Shown: positions 9,537-21,520 of the stretch, piece by piece | Layout of the letters: the number at the start of each line of letters is the position of its first letter | Position numbering within the stretch: the first letter of the stretch is position 1 | NCBI GenBank assembly: GCA_964547795.1 | Contig: CAZJPD010000001.1 | Coordinates: 1 to 48,285, forward strand | DNA: 48,285 bases | From: an uncultured Candidatus Midichloriaceae bacterium | GTDB lineage: Bacteria > Pseudomonadota > Alphaproteobacteria > Rickettsiales > Midichloriaceae | Reading direction: 5' to 3' | Position numbers and translations under genes: made by a program | Notes under the pieces: generated by a model | Databases searched by the model: none | What the model saw: only the letters and a program-made list of their open reading frames with translations | Told to the model about the DNA's origin: nothing

Positions 9537-10829
9537 TTAAAACTTAACTTTTGTTCCAACTAAGAACACAGTACCTTTATTAAATTTAAGATTACTAGTA
9601 TTAGGTACAGCAAAGCTTTTATTTTCCTTAAACTTAAATCTGGTTACCTCAACATACGGCATAAATCCTGGCATTACCTGGTAATCTGCACCAACAGATA
9701 TTGCTTCTAATTTATTATACTCTGAAGTACTCTTTGCAGATGTTTCTGCTGTATTTTTATCCTTTCCAAAAATAAAACCAGCTCTTTTGCTTTGCATATA
9801 GTTAATACTAATTCCATACTGACTAGTTGAATACGCAGAGCCTAAAGACCAGTACTTAGCACCATACTTTTTATCAGCCTCCCTACCTTCTTTTTTTGTT
9901 CCTGATTTTCCAAAATCACCATAAGAACCAGCAACTGCAAACCCATTATACTCAACACTTGCACCCACTTGCCATGCAGCTAAATTCTTACGTTTTATAT
10001 TCCCTGCTGGTTTATCTGGTTTACCTTCTTTGTCCTTTTCAGCATCCCAGCTATAATCTTTAGCCTCTGCGAATTCTCCAAGTACAGCTGTTGCAAATTC
10101 AATACCACCATCAAATGTCTTTTCATATCTCACAGCTGGTTGCCATACATTTCTATATCCACCACCACAGTCTTTCAATAATTCTCTCACTTGTTTAGTT
10201 GTACCCTTCCCCTTTGAAGAAGGTGAATAACTTACCCCAAATGAAAAACCATTAATATTAGGACTGAAGTAGTTAATCTTGTTTGCTTTGCTCTCATCAT
10301 CAAACCCAATAGGCAGCTGAGGAGCTGTCAAATACCCATCCTTATAATTCTTACTGCCACTTATCACAGCACCATTTTTGAGCCAGTCATCCCAACCACC
10401 ATCTAAATCACCTGTTGCACGAGCTATTGAATATGAATTTACCTCCATTGCATTCCCTACAGGACTGGTACTACCTAGTTCAACTTCACCAAAATTTCCC
10501 TTAAAATATACCTTAGCCTCTTTTGCAGTCCCCTTAATTTCTTTATCCTTCTCTACATCGGCATTTAGCTTAATAAATGCACCATAACTTGAACCATTAT
10601 CATTTTTCTTATCAATGTCAAATTTCAAGGAATTACTATTAGTCAAGCCATTTTGGTTGTATTTTTTACCACTTTTGTCTTTTTTGAAAGCATCTTCCTG
10701 ATTTATAATTCCGTACTGTGCATCAACACCACCACCAACTTTCACAGTAAAATCACTACCCTTCCCTACAAAAACGGTGATTGGTAGAAAGCTCAATAAA
10801 GAAGCAAAAAGTATGTTTTTATTTTTCAT
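9537..10829 (-). CDS. Outer-membrane porin (beta-barrel)
   Basis: Signal peptide, alternating Gly/aromatic beta-strand pattern, and a C-terminal ...VGTKVKF ending in Phe, as in alphaproteobacterial porins. Confidence 0.7.
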   Translation of the reverse strand: MKNKNILFASLLSFLPITVFVGKGSDFTVKVGGGVDAQYGIINQEDAFKKDKSGKKYNQNGLTNSNSLKFDIDKKNDNGSSYGAFIKLNADVEKDKEIKGTAKEAKVYFKGNFGEVELGSTSPVGNAMEVNSYSIARATGDLDGGWDDWLKNGAVISGSKNYKDGYLTAPQLPIGFDDESKANKINYFSPNINGFSFGVSYSPSSKGKGTTKQVRELLKDCGGGYRNVWQPAVRYEKTFDGGIEFATAVLGEFAEAKDYSWDAEKDKEGKPDKPAGNIKRKNLAAWQVGASVEYNGFAVAGSYGDFGKSGTKKEGREADKKYGAKYWSLGSAYSTSQYGISINYMQSKRAGFIFGKDKNTAETSAKSTSEYNKLEAISVGADYQVMPGFMPYVEVTRFKFKENKSFAVPNTSNLKFNKGTVFLVGTKVKF

Positions 10830-10869
10830 AATACACTAACTAACTTTTTATGTAATACCATGATAATAC

Positions 10870-11190
10870 CTATTCATGTATATACTTGTCAAGTATTTTT
10901 ACAAAACCTTGATAATTATTTACTCCGATAATCTTGTTGCCATTGATAAAAAATGTTGGCGTAGAATTAATTTTCAAAACTTCCATTGATGTATATGCCT
11001 TTTTAAGCAAGTTACTTGCCATTTGTTTATCGTTGAAACATTCATTAACTCTGTTAGTATTCAATCCATATAACCTAGAGATATTCTTTAATATACTTTT
11101 AAAATCTTTTCTAAATATCCAACTTTCTTGTGATTCGAATAAAATATATGTTGATCTGATTGTACCCACATTGAATAATTCTTCTTTACG
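10870..11190 (-). pseudogene. DsbA/Com1-like thiol:disulfide oxidoreductase remnant (C-terminal half only)
   Basis: ...STPTFFINGNKIIG...F...L is the C-terminal DsbA-family signature. No CxxC-bearing N-terminal part exists in frame: a stop lies at 11191..11193 and the ORF begins at GTG. Confidence 0.5.
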
Positions 11191-11329
11191 CTAATTATGT
11201 TGCATTACCTTGTTTAAGGTGATTAGTATCAAATGGGATAAAGTCTATAATAATCCATACATAATAGATATCACTATAAAAATAAAATTTTAATGTTATA
11301 CTAAGTAAGGTTTTATCGTTAATTATATC

Positions 11330-11935
11330 ATGCACACTAAATTATCTGTTAATACTAATAAAATAGAATTGCCAGTTTCTGAAGAAAAGGCAAAAGAGGC
11401 GGTTCAAACAATTCTTAAGTGGATTGGAGAAGACCCTAACCGGGAAGGCTTAATAAATACACCACAAAGGGTAATAAACAGTTTTAAAGGGCACTTTTCT
11501 GGCTATAATGAAGACCCAATTCAAATTTTAAAAAGAACCTTTACTGAAACTTCGGGTTATCAGGACATGGTGCTTCTAAAAAATATTAAGATATATTCCC
11601 ACTGTGAACACCACATAGCTCCTATCAGTGGCATTGCTCATGTAGCCTATTATCCCAACACAAAGGTTGTAGGTATCAGCAAACTTGCAAGAGTAGCGGA
11701 GATTTATTCAAAACGTCTACAGATACAAGAAAGGCTAACAGTAGAGATTGCAAATGCAATAAGTTTTGCCCTCAAACCAAAGGGAGTAGCTGTTCAGATA
11801 AAAGCATACCATAATTGCATCAACAGTAGGGGTATACAGCAAAAGGATGCTAAAATGGAGACGCACAGTCTACTAGGTTGCTTTAGAAACGACCCAAAAA
11901 TAAGTGAAAGGTTTTTTCAATTAGTTATAGCATGA
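11330..11935 (+). CDS. folE: GTP cyclohydrolase I
   Basis: EDPNREGL..TP.RV, YSHCEHHIAPISG and the QIQERLT motif. Confidence 0.9.
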   Translation: MHTKLSVNTNKIELPVSEEKAKEAVQTILKWIGEDPNREGLINTPQRVINSFKGHFSGYNEDPIQILKRTFTETSGYQDMVLLKNIKIYSHCEHHIAPISGIAHVAYYPNTKVVGISKLARVAEIYSKRLQIQERLTVEIANAISFALKPKGVAVQIKAYHNCINSRGIQQKDAKMETHSLLGCFRNDPKISERFFQLVIA

Positions 11936-12040
11936 AACAGTTCCTTCACTATATCACCCCCCTTCCTAAATCCAATTTATAATGAAAAGCTTAGTCGGAC
12001 ATACCAATTTATAGCAAGTATTTATAGTAAGCACTTTTCT

Positions 12041-12910
12041 CTATAATTTATCCATCCAATGCTCTCTCACCTTTACGAACAAATATAAATGTGTTCTTTT
12101 ATTTGTTAGTTTCATTATACCTTCCCTTGCTAAAACCCCAACTTTTTTAATCTGTTCACCTTTTGCACCCAAAATGATTTTCTTTTGATTATACTTTAAA
12201 ACAGTAATTACTTGATGTATTGTAATCTCATCATTGTCTTCTTTCCAGGATTCTGTTTCAACTTTTAGAGAATAGGGAATTTCTTGATTGAGGAATTTAT
12301 ATAGCTTTTCTATTGTGATATCTTCAGCTAACTGTCTTATAGACCTATCAGTAATTTCATCTTCGTCGTATTGCCATTTGCCTTTTGGAGCATTGTCCAT
12401 CAAATAATTCCTAAAGACTTTCACCCCTTTATTCTTCAAGGCAGATATCATAAATATCTGCTCAAACCCCCTACTTTTAGCATCTTGAGCTAGTAGCAAT
12501 AATTTTTCCTTATCCTGAATTAAATCTACCTTATTGAAAATCAATATAGGCATTTTTTCTGATCTTAAATAATTGTGATCCAGTAGTGGGTTATCTAAAC
12601 AGTTCTTTTTAGCAGTATCTATTACAATACAAACAAAATCCATACCACTTACCCCTTGCAAAGCCTTTTTGGCAATTGCTTTTTCCAATTTAAACTTTGG
12701 AGATTTCAAAAATCCTGGTGTATCTATAAAGATTAACTGGGTATTATTTTCTGTCACCATTCCTTTGATGTTATCTCTTGTTGTATGAACCTTATGTGTA
12801 ACAATGGATATTTTTTGACTTAAAAGTAGGTTAAACAAAGTGGATTTTCCAGAATTAGGAGCTCCTAACAAACATACGTATCCAAGCTTTTTATTCACCT
12901 TGTACATCAA
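12041..12910 (-). CDS. era: GTPase Era
   Basis: G1 motif GAPNSGKST, DTPG, NKVD, and a C-terminal KH domain. Sits in the conserved lepB-rnc-era order. Confidence 0.9.
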   Translation of the reverse strand: MMYKVNKKLGYVCLLGAPNSGKSTLFNLLLSQKISIVTHKVHTTRDNIKGMVTENNTQLIFIDTPGFLKSPKFKLEKAIAKKALQGVSGMDFVCIVIDTAKKNCLDNPLLDHNYLRSEKMPILIFNKVDLIQDKEKLLLLAQDAKSRGFEQIFMISALKNKGVKVFRNYLMDNAPKGKWQYDEDEITDRSIRQLAEDITIEKLYKFLNQEIPYSLKVETESWKEDNDEITIHQVITVLKYNQKKIILGAKGEQIKKVGVLAREGIMKLTNKRTHLYLFVKVREHWMDKL

Positions 12911-13553
12911 TATGGTTCAGCATTTTATATGCGGCTTTCTGTTCTGCCTCTCTTTTTGTTTTACCTTGAGCTATTGTTGTATGTTCATTTAAAGAAACAG
13001 AAACTGTAAACGTGGGATTGTGAGGTTCACCGACTTTAGATTTAGTTTTATATTTTGGTAATATTTTGTACCTTTTTTGTACTAGCTCTTGTAATTGCGT
13101 TTTATGATCTTTTTGAAAAAGCTTTTCTGTATCCTGAAAAAACCCTGCCCACCATCTGTTTATTATGTCCTTAACAGTGTAAAAATCACTGTCCAAATAT
13201 ATAGCAGCAATCACTGCTTCTAATGCATTTTCAAGGTTATTTGGATTGTCCCTACCACCCCCTAACTCTTCTCCACTATCGAGGATAATTTTTTCTGCTA
13301 GATTAAGCTCTGTCGCTATCTTAACAAGGGTTTTAGAATTCACCAAATTCGCAATAATTGTTGAGAGCTCACCTTCTGAATAATCACTAAATTTGTTATA
13401 AATTATATCTGCAATTACTGCATTGAGTATACTATCTCCAAGAAATTCCATTCTTTCATAACCACTACTGTTATTTCTACTTATTGCACTTGGGTGTGTC
13501 AAAGCGATTTGCAATAATGTTTTATCTTTAAATGTGTATCCTTCTAGCTTCAC
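12891..13553 (-). CDS. rnc: Ribonuclease III
   Basis: Signature ERMEFLGDSILN plus a C-terminal dsRBD (G.G.TKREAEQKAA). Confidence 0.9.
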   Translation of the reverse strand: MKLEGYTFKDKTLLQIALTHPSAISRNNSSGYERMEFLGDSILNAVIADIIYNKFSDYSEGELSTIIANLVNSKTLVKIATELNLAEKIILDSGEELGGGRDNPNNLENALEAVIAAIYLDSDFYTVKDIINRWWAGFFQDTEKLFQKDHKTQLQELVQKRYKILPKYKTKSKVGEPHNPTFTVSVSLNEHTTIAQGKTKREAEQKAAYKMLNHIDVQGE

Positions 13554-13561
13554 TGAAAAAT

Positions 13562-14329
13562 TTACTTAATCAACTTAAAGGTTCTATTTGTCTCTAATTT
13601 AGTAACAAAATCATGAATTGAAAAGTCATGAGTCCAAAACAGTATTTTAGCCTTTCCAAGAATCCTATTTTTGGCAACAAACCCAACATCTTTTAAAAAC
13701 CTACTATCCACCGAATTATTCCTGTTATCCCCCATAAAAAAATAATGACCCTGCGGTATTTTATAGACGGGGGTATCATTAGGAAATTTTAATTTATCTT
13801 CATTGTGAGAAACATATATTAAGTAGTTTATTCCATTTAGTAATGTTTCTCGATAAATATCCTTAATGTGAAGCATGCCACTTTTCCCTATATCTATTTT
13901 CTGTCCCTGATATTCCTTCTTTACTGCAATATTATTAATATACAATTGTCCTTCCTTCATTTGAATCTTATCTCCTGGTAGTCCAATTAACCTTTTTATG
14001 TAATGAATGCTACTATCCCTAGGTAATAAAAAAACAATAACATCACCCCTTTTAGGTTCATTATAAAAAAATGCATCAGAAAAAATATCAAAGCGATTCA
14101 ACATGAAGGAAAGGGAACTGTTATTGTACCCATACACAAACTTTTCAACGAATAAATAGTCTCCAATTTGCAGACCTGGTTTCATAGAACTAGAAGGAAT
14201 TTTAAAAGGTTGATATAAGAATGTTTGAAATAAAAAGGCAAATGTAAGGGCAAAAGCAATCGTATTAAAAAACTCCTCTAGTTTTTTATATGTTAAAATT
14301 GAAAAGATAAAACCTAACAAGTGTTTCAT
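13562..14329 (-). CDS. lepB: Signal peptidase I
   Basis: N-terminal TM segment, SSSMKPGL (catalytic Ser), KRLIGLPGD (Lys box) and GDNRNNSVDSR. Confidence 0.9.
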   Translation of the reverse strand: MKHLLGFIFSILTYKKLEEFFNTIAFALTFAFLFQTFLYQPFKIPSSSMKPGLQIGDYLFVEKFVYGYNNSSLSFMLNRFDIFSDAFFYNEPKRGDVIVFLLPRDSSIHYIKRLIGLPGDKIQMKEGQLYINNIAVKKEYQGQKIDIGKSGMLHIKDIYRETLLNGINYLIYVSHNEDKLKFPNDTPVYKIPQGHYFFMGDNRNNSVDSRFLKDVGFVAKNRILGKAKILFWTHDFSIHDFVTKLETNRTFKLIK

Positions 14330-17001
14330 GACATTTTGTTTCCAACATTATACTTCCCGGCAGCGACTTTTGCAACAGGGATTCTGAAAGGAGAACATGA
14401 GATATAGTCTACCTTGATCTCATTAAAAAACTCTATTGATTTAGGGTCTCCTGCATGTTCTCCACAAACTCCTATTTTTATTTTAGGATTGGCTTTTCTA
14501 CTTTCAATGACTGATAATCTTAATAATTTTCCTACTGTACTTTTATCAATTGAAGCAAATGGATCATTTGCAAAAATACCCCTTTTTATGTATTGACGTA
14601 AAAACTTTCCTGCATCGTCTCTCGATATACCTAAACTTGTTTGTGTAAGATCATTAGTGCCAAAACTGATGAAATCAGCTTCTTTAGCTATCTCAGTGGC
14701 ATTCATTATTGCAGCTGGTAACTCTATCATGCTACCAACTTTGTATCCAATTTTTGTATCCAAGTCCCTCTCTAACATTTTAGCAGTAGTTGTGATTAGA
14801 TTTTTCATTTCCAAAAACTCCACTCTATTCATAACTAGTGGGATCATAATTTCTGGTATAATACGGATACCATCTTTTTTACCTTTGTGTGCTGCTTTTA
14901 GAATAGCCTTAACCTGCATTTGATAAATTTCAGGATATGTGATTGCCAACCTACAACCTCTATGCCCTAGTATAGGATTGGTTTCTTTGAGCATATCTGC
15001 CCTTTCTCGCATATCTTGGGCATCCATACATATCAATTTACTCATACTTAACAGCTCTTCTCCTTTGGGTAAAAATTCGTGTAGAGGGGGATCTAATAAC
15101 CTGATCGTAACAGGGTATCCATCCATAATTTTAAATAGTTGATAAAAATCTTCCCGCTGAAAAGGAAGAAGGTCATTGAGTATATCTATACGCTCCTCTT
15201 TGGTATTGGCTAAAATCATTTTTCTAAAAAGATTAATCCTATCGGTTTGGAAAAACATGTGTTCAGTCCTACAAAGACCTATACCATCAGCTCCAAAAGT
15301 TCTTGCGGTTTTAGCATCTTTGACTGTTTCTGCATTTGCCCTTACTTTTAGGTTTGCACTTTCTTCTGCAATAGTAACCAAGTCTTGAAACTCTTTATCT
15401 AACCTTGGTTGAATTGTGGCTAATTCTCCCAAAAATACCTCTCCAGTTGCACCATCTATGGTTATATATTTGCCTTCTGAAAGAACAGTCCCGTTAATTT
15501 TTAGGACTCTATCACTAACTATAATTTCAGATGCTCCTGTTACACAAGGTTTTCCCATACCCCTTGCAACCACTGCAGCATGAGAAGTCATTCCTCCTCT
15601 TGAGGTTAAGATACCAGAAGATACATCTATCCCACCTATATCTTCGGGATTGGTTTCATTCCGTACTAAAATCACCTTATCATTTTGTGCTATAGATTCG
15701 GCACACTTTGAGGATAGTACTATTTTGCCAAAAGCTGCTCCAGGAGAAGCTGGTAGCCCTTTAGTTAGTAATGTTTTTTTTGACTTGGGGTTTATATTTG
15801 GATGTAGCATTTTTTCAATTATAATAGGGTCTATACTACCTAAAGCTTGTTGTTTGTTTAAAATTCCTTCATTCAACATATCCATGGCGATTTTTACAGC
15901 CGCAGTTGCCGTACGCTTTCCTGATCTAGTTTGTAAAATCCAACATTTTCCATCTTCTATTGTAAACTCAACGTCTTGCATGTCACTATAATGATGCTCT
16001 AACTTTTGCAAAATATTTTTCAGATCTTCGTATGTTTTTGGCATTAGCTCTTCCATAGAGGGTAGATCGTCTAAATTTTGCTCCTTAGAGCTGATGTTTA
16101 TAGGATTCGGAGTTTTTATGCCTGAGACAATGTCTTCACCTTGAGCATTCACCAAAAACTCGCCAAATATCTCCCCTTTCCCAGTAGATGGATTTCTAGT
16201 AAAAGCTACCCCCGTAGCACTGTTATTTCCTTTGTTCCCGAAAACCATACCCTGCACATTGACAGCTGTCCCTAAATCATCAGATATGTTGTTTATTTTT
16301 CTATATCTAATTGCACGTGGAGTATTCCATGATTGAAACACTGCTGTAATAGCTGACAACAACTGCATTTTTATATTCTGTGGAAAATCCTTACCAAGCT
16401 GGATATGGACTAAGTCCTTATATTCAAAAATTATGTCTTTGATATTATCGACTGTTAAATCTCGCCCCTCTGCTACACCCAGCAAGTTCTTCTTATTCTC
16501 AAAGATATTTTTAAACTTTAATCTATCAATCCTCAAAACTACATAGCTATACATCTCAATATACCTTCTGTAGCAGTCATACGCAAATTTGCTGTTATTT
16601 GTGTTTTTGGCTAACCCCTCGACTGTTACGTCATTCAATCCAAAATTGAGAACCGTTTCCATCATACCAGGCATCGAAACCTCTGCTCCAGACCTGATAG
16701 ATAGAAATAGCGGATTTTCTATATCACCCAATTTTAAACCCACATCAATTTCTAATATCTGTATAGCAGATTCAATTTGCTCTTTTATGAAAGATGGTAA
16801 GTTATTGGAATTTTGATAATATTCCTTGCAAGCTTCGGTAGATATGGTAAATCCAGGAGGTACAGGGATTTGCAACTTACACATCTCGGCAAGCCCTGCT
16901 CCTTTGTTGCCTAAAATATTCTTTAACTGATCTCCACCTTCTGCGTTTTTACCACCAAAATGATATACGACTTTCTTAATAGAATTGTAGATTTTACTCA
17001 T
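14326..17001 (-). CDS. ppdK: Pyruvate, phosphate dikinase
   Basis: About 890 aa; [10 protein letters not shown]-like ATP-grasp region, [13 protein letters not shown] (phospho-His) and GLCRTEHMF. The start may be 17013 or 17001; either overlaps the recA stop. Confidence 0.9.
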   Translation of the reverse strand: MSKIYNSIKKVVYHFGGKNAEGGDQLKNILGNKGAGLAEMCKLQIPVPPGFTISTEACKEYYQNSNNLPSFIKEQIESAIQILEIDVGLKLGDIENPLFLSIRSGAEVSMPGMMETVLNFGLNDVTVEGLAKNTNNSKFAYDCYRRYIEMYSYVVLRIDRLKFKNIFENKKNLLGVAEGRDLTVDNIKDIIFEYKDLVHIQLGKDFPQNIKMQLLSAITAVFQSWNTPRAIRYRKINNISDDLGTAVNVQGMVFGNKGNNSATGVAFTRNPSTGKGEIFGEFLVNAQGEDIVSGIKTPNPINISSKEQNLDDLPSMEELMPKTYEDLKNILQKLEHHYSDMQDVEFTIEDGKCWILQTRSGKRTATAAVKIAMDMLNEGILNKQQALGSIDPIIIEKMLHPNINPKSKKTLLTKGLPASPGAAFGKIVLSSKCAESIAQNDKVILVRNETNPEDIGGIDVSSGILTSRGGMTSHAAVVARGMGKPCVTGASEIIVSDRVLKINGTVLSEGKYITIDGATGEVFLGELATIQPRLDKEFQDLVTIAEESANLKVRANAETVKDAKTARTFGADGIGLCRTEHMFFQTDRINLFRKMILANTKEERIDILNDLLPFQREDFYQLFKIMDGYPVTIRLLDPPLHEFLPKGEELLSMSKLICMDAQDMRERADMLKETNPILGHRGCRLAITYPEIYQMQVKAILKAAHKGKKDGIRIIPEIMIPLVMNRVEFLEMKNLITTTAKMLERDLDTKIGYKVGSMIELPAAIMNATEIAKEADFISFGTNDLTQTSLGISRDDAGKFLRQYIKRGIFANDPFASIDKSTVGKLLRLSVIESRKANPKIKIGVCGEHAGDPKSIEFFNEIKVDYISCSPFRIPVAKVAAGKYNVGNKMS

Positions 17002-18022
17002 TATCTGTTGCACTTGTAGAAATATCGTCTAATTTTTCCAGTGCTATTTCTTTTATTTCTAGTATTTTATTTTTTATCCCTTCAGCTATATCAGGATGTT
17101 CTTTTAAGAAATGTTTAGTATTCTCTTTTCCTTGACCAATTTTTTCATTATTGTAGGAGTACCATGATCCTGATTTATTGATAACACCCACTGCTGTTCC
17201 TATATCTATAAGCTCCCCTTCTTTGGAAATACCCTCTCCATACATTATGTCGAACTCAATTACTTGGAAAGGAGGTGCTACTTTATTTTTAACAACTTTC
17301 ACTTTAGTTTGATTGCCAGTTGCTTCATCTTTATCTTTAATAAAACCAATCCTCCTTATGTCCAATCTAACTGATGAATAAAACTTAAGTGCATTTCCAC
17401 CTGTTGTTGTTTCAGGGTTTCCAAACATTACACCAATCTTCATCCTTATTTGATTAATGAAAATCAATATGGTTTTAGTTTTTGAAACATTAGCGGTTAA
17501 TTTGCGAAGAGCTTGGCTCATCAATCTAGCTTGAAGCCCCATGTGACTATCTCCCATCTCTCCTTCAATTTCTGCCTTAGGAACTAATGCAGCAACACTA
17601 TCCACTATAATCATATCTACAGCCCCTGAACGAACTAAAGTATCTGTAATTTCAAGTGCCTGCTCTCCAGAATCTGGTTGAGATAATATCAACTTTTCAA
17701 TATTAATCCTCAACTTTTTGGCATACGATCTATCAAAAGCATGCTCTGCATCTATAAAAGCACAAGTACCTCCTTTTTTTTGGCACTCTGCAATCGCATG
17801 TAATGTAAGGGTGGTTTTACCAGAGCTTTCAGGACCAAATATTTCAATCACTCTGCCTTTCGGATAGCCTCCAACACCCAAGGCTATATCAAGTCCTAAT
17901 GAACCTGAGGAAATTGACTCAATGCCTTTTGTATCCATTTCACCTATTTTCATCACTGCACCTTTGCCGTATGCTTTTTCAATTTGACTCAATGCAATTT
18001 CTAAGGCTTTTTCTTTGTCCAT
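16994..18022 (-). CDS. recA: Recombinase A
   Basis: [10 protein letters not shown] Walker [17 protein letters not shown] and the [21 protein letters not shown] motif. Confidence 0.95.
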   Translation of the reverse strand: MDKEKALEIALSQIEKAYGKGAVMKIGEMDTKGIESISSGSLGLDIALGVGGYPKGRVIEIFGPESSGKTTLTLHAIAECQKKGGTCAFIDAEHAFDRSYAKKLRINIEKLILSQPDSGEQALEITDTLVRSGAVDMIIVDSVAALVPKAEIEGEMGDSHMGLQARLMSQALRKLTANVSKTKTILIFINQIRMKIGVMFGNPETTTGGNALKFYSSVRLDIRRIGFIKDKDEATGNQTKVKVVKNKVAPPFQVIEFDIMYGEGISKEGELIDIGTAVGVINKSGSWYSYNNEKIGQGKENTKHFLKEHPDIAEGIKNKILEIKEIALEKLDDISTSATDNE

Positions 18023-18099
18023 GAACCTGAATTTTTTTCTACCATTACTCAGTCAAAGTATAGACGAAGTATAAATGGTTGCAACTACTTTCTCCCTAG

Positions 18100-18298
18100 T
18101 TAGTAGGCATTGCTATAACATATACCACTAAGATATAGATATTTTAACTTTTTTATTCTGTCATCACGAGATCGCAACGGCGATCGTGGTGATCCAGGAA
18201 ATGTCTCACGTAAAGATGGATTGCCACGCCTGTTGCACAGGCTCGCAATGACGAAAATATATTAATAATATGTCCAAACTTTTGTGTGATAAACTATA
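18100..18298 (-). repeat. GC-rich palindromic intergenic repeat, copy C (inverted orientation)
   Basis: The reverse complement gives the same leader, GTCATTGCGAGCCTGTGCAACAGGCGTGGCAATCC, GGATCACCACGATCGC..GCGATCTCGTGATGAC, and the GAATAAAAAAGT tail seen in copy A. Confidence 0.65.
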
Positions 18299-18553
18299 AC
18301 TAAGGAGAGAGAAAATTCTACGCTATAGCAAATCTGCTGATCTAGCTTCGCTGTTTTTCACATCTCTTCACTCAACCGTTCTTTTGCTTATCTATAAACC
18401 TATCGCTTTATCTCTCTTTAGTTGACAATCCCCTGTATCATGTGTATTTTTTGTTGAATATTATCATAGACTTTAATAATCCTCTTTGTTTTTTTAAGGA
18501 AATTATACTTGAACTTATCCTACTTTATAATATTCAAGATCTAAATTTAATGC

Positions 18554-18640
18554 GGAGGGATGGCCGAGTGGACAAAGGCAACAGACTGTAAATCTGTCCG
18601 CATTTTGCGTACGCAGGTTCGAATCCTACTCCCTCCACCA
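18554..18640 (+). tRNA. tRNA-Tyr (anticodon GTA)
   Basis: 87 nt; acceptor GGAGGGA/TCCCTCC, anticodon loop CTGTAAA, long variable arm (CGCA-TTT-TGCG), T-loop TTCGAAT, CCA encoded. Confidence 0.85.
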
Positions 18641-18825
18641 TGCATCATTTCTGGGAACATCTAAAAATGGGAATGTTAGTCAAAGATAGATACAAAGTCA
18701 TTTTGTAATGAAGCAAAATTTTATTAATTGATAAAAGGCAAAATTTATTTGAATTAATTGTGTATTAATGTGTTTACTTGGTACACTAAGCTTTATTAAA
18801 AATTATCCTTATACAACAGATAGGT

Positions 18826-19748
18826 ATGATTATAAAACACATCATTGATCAACTTATTCAAAAAAAATCCATTACTTGTATCAAAGTAGAACAGGTAATG
18901 CAAAGTGCTTTAAATGGGGGAGCGACACCAGCACAGATCAGTGCTTTTTTCACTGGTATATTAATGAAAGGCATAACATACACTGAATTTGAGGGAATGC
19001 TGAAGGGTATTAAGCATAAAGAAGTACATGACTATAAACAAAATATAGATTTTATGTTTATTCTTTTACACAAAGTAATATTGTACTTTCAATCTGTTTT
19101 TTACTCTCTCAATTAAATTATTCTTTATGTGGAAAATTTAAAAATTTATACAGCGAAAATACTGAATTTTTTAATACCAATGATGCAGTTAATATGTCTA
19201 ATGAGCAAAAAGCATTATTGTTGGATAAATTTCGACTCCATTTATCTTTATCGTGTTATAATAAAATTCTAAAGAATATCCTCTTTCTAAGAACAGAGCT
19301 TGATCTTGCAGAAATACCTACTCTCTTCGAAATGTCTATTATCCCCATCAAAGATACCAAATAGGTTATTTTAGTTGATGAGAAAAATTTCCAACAACTC
19401 CAAAGTATAAATAACCCACACAATCTATTTGCCGATAAATTAATAATTGTTATGTTGACTCATGGAATAAACCTGCTCAGAATAAGAAGGTATGGTCTGT
19501 TTAAAGAAAAAACCATTAAACTACATAACTTAGAAAATTATAACTACCTTCCATTTATTTCTGTAGTAAAAAATGAGAATTTTATACATGTAACATGTAT
19601 CGTAGTGAAGGAAATTATAGCATTGTTTGGCTTAGAAAATAAACTGTTAAATGAGCTGAGTAATGATAAGAAAAAAGAATTTAGCAAAAAAATCCTTCTT
19701 TCTTTTGTGGATTATTTTAAAGAAATAAAAAACTGGGGACAGCATTGA
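18826..19748 (+). pseudogene. Possible decayed TrpD / glycosyltransferase-family-3 gene; only the N-terminal helical domain is recognisable
   Basis: Residues 1-65 (..VEQVMQSALNGGATPAQISAFFTGILMKGITYTEFEGM..) match the TrpD N-terminal helical bundle. No GTGGD catalytic motif follows, and the downstream 630 nt is split into short same-strand ORF fragments. Confidence 0.35.
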
Positions 19749-19753
19749 CTATA

Positions 19754-20413
19754 CTATTCCAGATTTAGTATTTTGTGAAGTTGCAATGATAATATTGCTC
19801 CATGTTTTTTAGCAACCTGCTGTGTCAGTATAATATTGTTTTTGTTAGCAAGTTTGTCGTACTCATCCATAGGTTGGACGTATACGGGAATATTATGCTT
19901 GTTTTGTCCTACTTCTGCAATATCAAGGTATTCTTCATTTTGTCCTGAAATGAGAAACTTCAATGCTATTGTTTGTTTTAAAATATCAGCTCTTACAGGA
20001 TAATACCTGCCATGCGATACCTTTGGTGAACATACCAACTCAACATCTCTTGGTATATCAATATAGATAGTGCCGTTTGTTTCTATCTGTACTTTGAAGC
20101 TATTCAGCAAAAAAGTTTCACATAGTAGTTTAATATTCTGCCTGAATGGTTCTCCACCTGTGATAACAACTAATTTTGCTGTACCCTTGATTGATATAAC
20201 CTTATCTAAAATTTCCTCGATACTTAAAACATCAAAACTGTCAAATTCAGTATCACAAAAAGTACAGACAAGATTACAACCACTGAGCCTAATGAAAACA
20301 GCTTGATGTCCGGAATAAGGGCCTTCTCCTTGAATTGTAGAAAATATCGAATGTACTTTAAGTTTAGTTCCATCTCCTTTTTCAGATGGCAATTTGGGAT
20401 TTTTACCAAACAT
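19754..20413 (-). CDS. queE: 7-carboxy-7-deazaguanine synthase (radical SAM)
   Basis: IFSTIQGEGPYSG, FIRLSGCNLVCTFCDTEF cluster motif, ITGGEP. Confidence 0.8.
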   Translation of the reverse strand: MFGKNPKLPSEKGDGTKLKVHSIFSTIQGEGPYSGHQAVFIRLSGCNLVCTFCDTEFDSFDVLSIEEILDKVISIKGTAKLVVITGGEPFRQNIKLLCETFLLNSFKVQIETNGTIYIDIPRDVELVCSPKVSHGRYYPVRADILKQTIALKFLISGQNEEYLDIAEVGQNKHNIPVYVQPMDEYDKLANKNNIILTQQVAKKHGAILSLQLHKILNLE

Positions 20414-20419
20414 GAGAAA

Positions 20420-20875
20420 TTAAACAGTGTTCACACCCGTTGAGCCAAATCCTGCACTACCTCTAGTTGTACTTTCTGGTAAGTTATCCACTAAACACCA
20501 GTTTATTTTATGATACTGTGAGATAATCATTTGTGCTATTCGCATCCCCCTCTCAATAACGAAATCTTTATCTCCTAAATTAATGATTGGTACTTTTATT
20601 TCCCCCCTATAGTCCGAATCTATTGTGCCAGGTGCATTGATCACGGTGATGCCATTCTTTATAGAAAGTCCGGAACGAGGTCTAACTTGTCCTTCAAATC
20701 CTATGGGTATTGCTATTGCAATCCCTGTTGGAACTAATACCCTTTCCATAGGTTTAACTAGCATATTTTCATCTGGTGCAGACAACAAATCTACTCCAGC
20801 ACTGTGTGCTGTTGCATGTTTTGGTAGAGATAAATCCCTGAAATTATCCAGCTTTATTATATTAATTTCAATCAT
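20420..20875 (-). CDS. dut: dUTP diphosphatase
   Basis: 151 aa; [22 protein letters not shown] and [10 protein letters not shown] motifs. Confidence 0.9.
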   Translation of the reverse strand: MIEINIIKLDNFRDLSLPKHATAHSAGVDLLSAPDENMLVKPMERVLVPTGIAIAIPIGFEGQVRPRSGLSIKNGITVINAPGTIDSDYRGEIKVPIINLGDKDFVIERGMRIAQMIISQYHKINWCLVDNLPESTTRGSAGFGSTGVNTV

Positions 20876-21030
20876 GGGACTTTTAACATTATCGATATTT
20901 CATGAAAGCTCATTGTCTATTAAACATTCAAGAGTTTTCAACCTTTTTTATCCTTAATCTCTAAAATATATTTAATTATGGAAGGATTTTGCCAGTTATA
21001 TGTATTGCGAAATCCAACAAAAGACCTATT

Positions 21031-21507
21031 TTACTTATCAATAAAGAGAGTTGCGGGTGGGGAGTTGATTTTAAAATCCTTCATTAGATTACGATTAGGG
21101 TCATAATACAATTTTAAGTCATCAATTTTAAGTACCTGATAGAGATTTTTTAATTTTTCAAAATCAATGGAGTTATCAGATATGGCAATTATCTCAATAT
21201 CGGTTATTTTTAATTTGTTAAGTTTTTGTTGAAGTTGATTCAAGGATTTTAACTCACTAACACACTCAATGCACCAATTTGCCCAAAAATTTAAAATTAT
21301 GAACTTACCATAAAATTCTTTAAGGTAGATCTCTTTGGCATGACCATCATAAAATTTTGCAGTTCCTGTTGTTTTCGGAGTTGCATAATTATATTTTTCT
21401 AAAATTTTTCCATACTCCTGCTGACTCTTGTTTTTTGATATAACACCTGCCGAAGAAGTCAATACTGTAAAAAGCAATATATTGACAAATAATAATAACT
21501 TATTCAC
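21031..21507 (-). CDS. Periplasmic thioredoxin-fold thiol:disulfide oxidoreductase (TlpA/ResA-like)
   Basis: Signal peptide and FWANWCIECVSE (CxxC); about 158 aa. Confidence 0.75.
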   Translation of the reverse strand: MNKLLLFVNILLFTVLTSSAGVISKNKSQQEYGKILEKYNYATPKTTGTAKFYDGHAKEIYLKEFYGKFIILNFWANWCIECVSELKSLNQLQQKLNKLKITDIEIIAISDNSIDFEKLKNLYQVLKIDDLKLYYDPNRNLMKDFKINSPPATLFIDK

Positions 21508-21520
21508 CTTACTTTTATTA

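Noticed and set aside
14414-16816. Series of 60-113 aa plus-strand ORFs inside ppdK, with similar shadows inside kdsA, dapA, dapB, valS, aspS and the RND gene
   Set aside because: These are antisense shadow ORFs of long, strongly conserved genes. Their composition is low-complexity and rich in Ser, Ile, Leu and Phe, which is typical of the reverse frame in AT-rich genomes.
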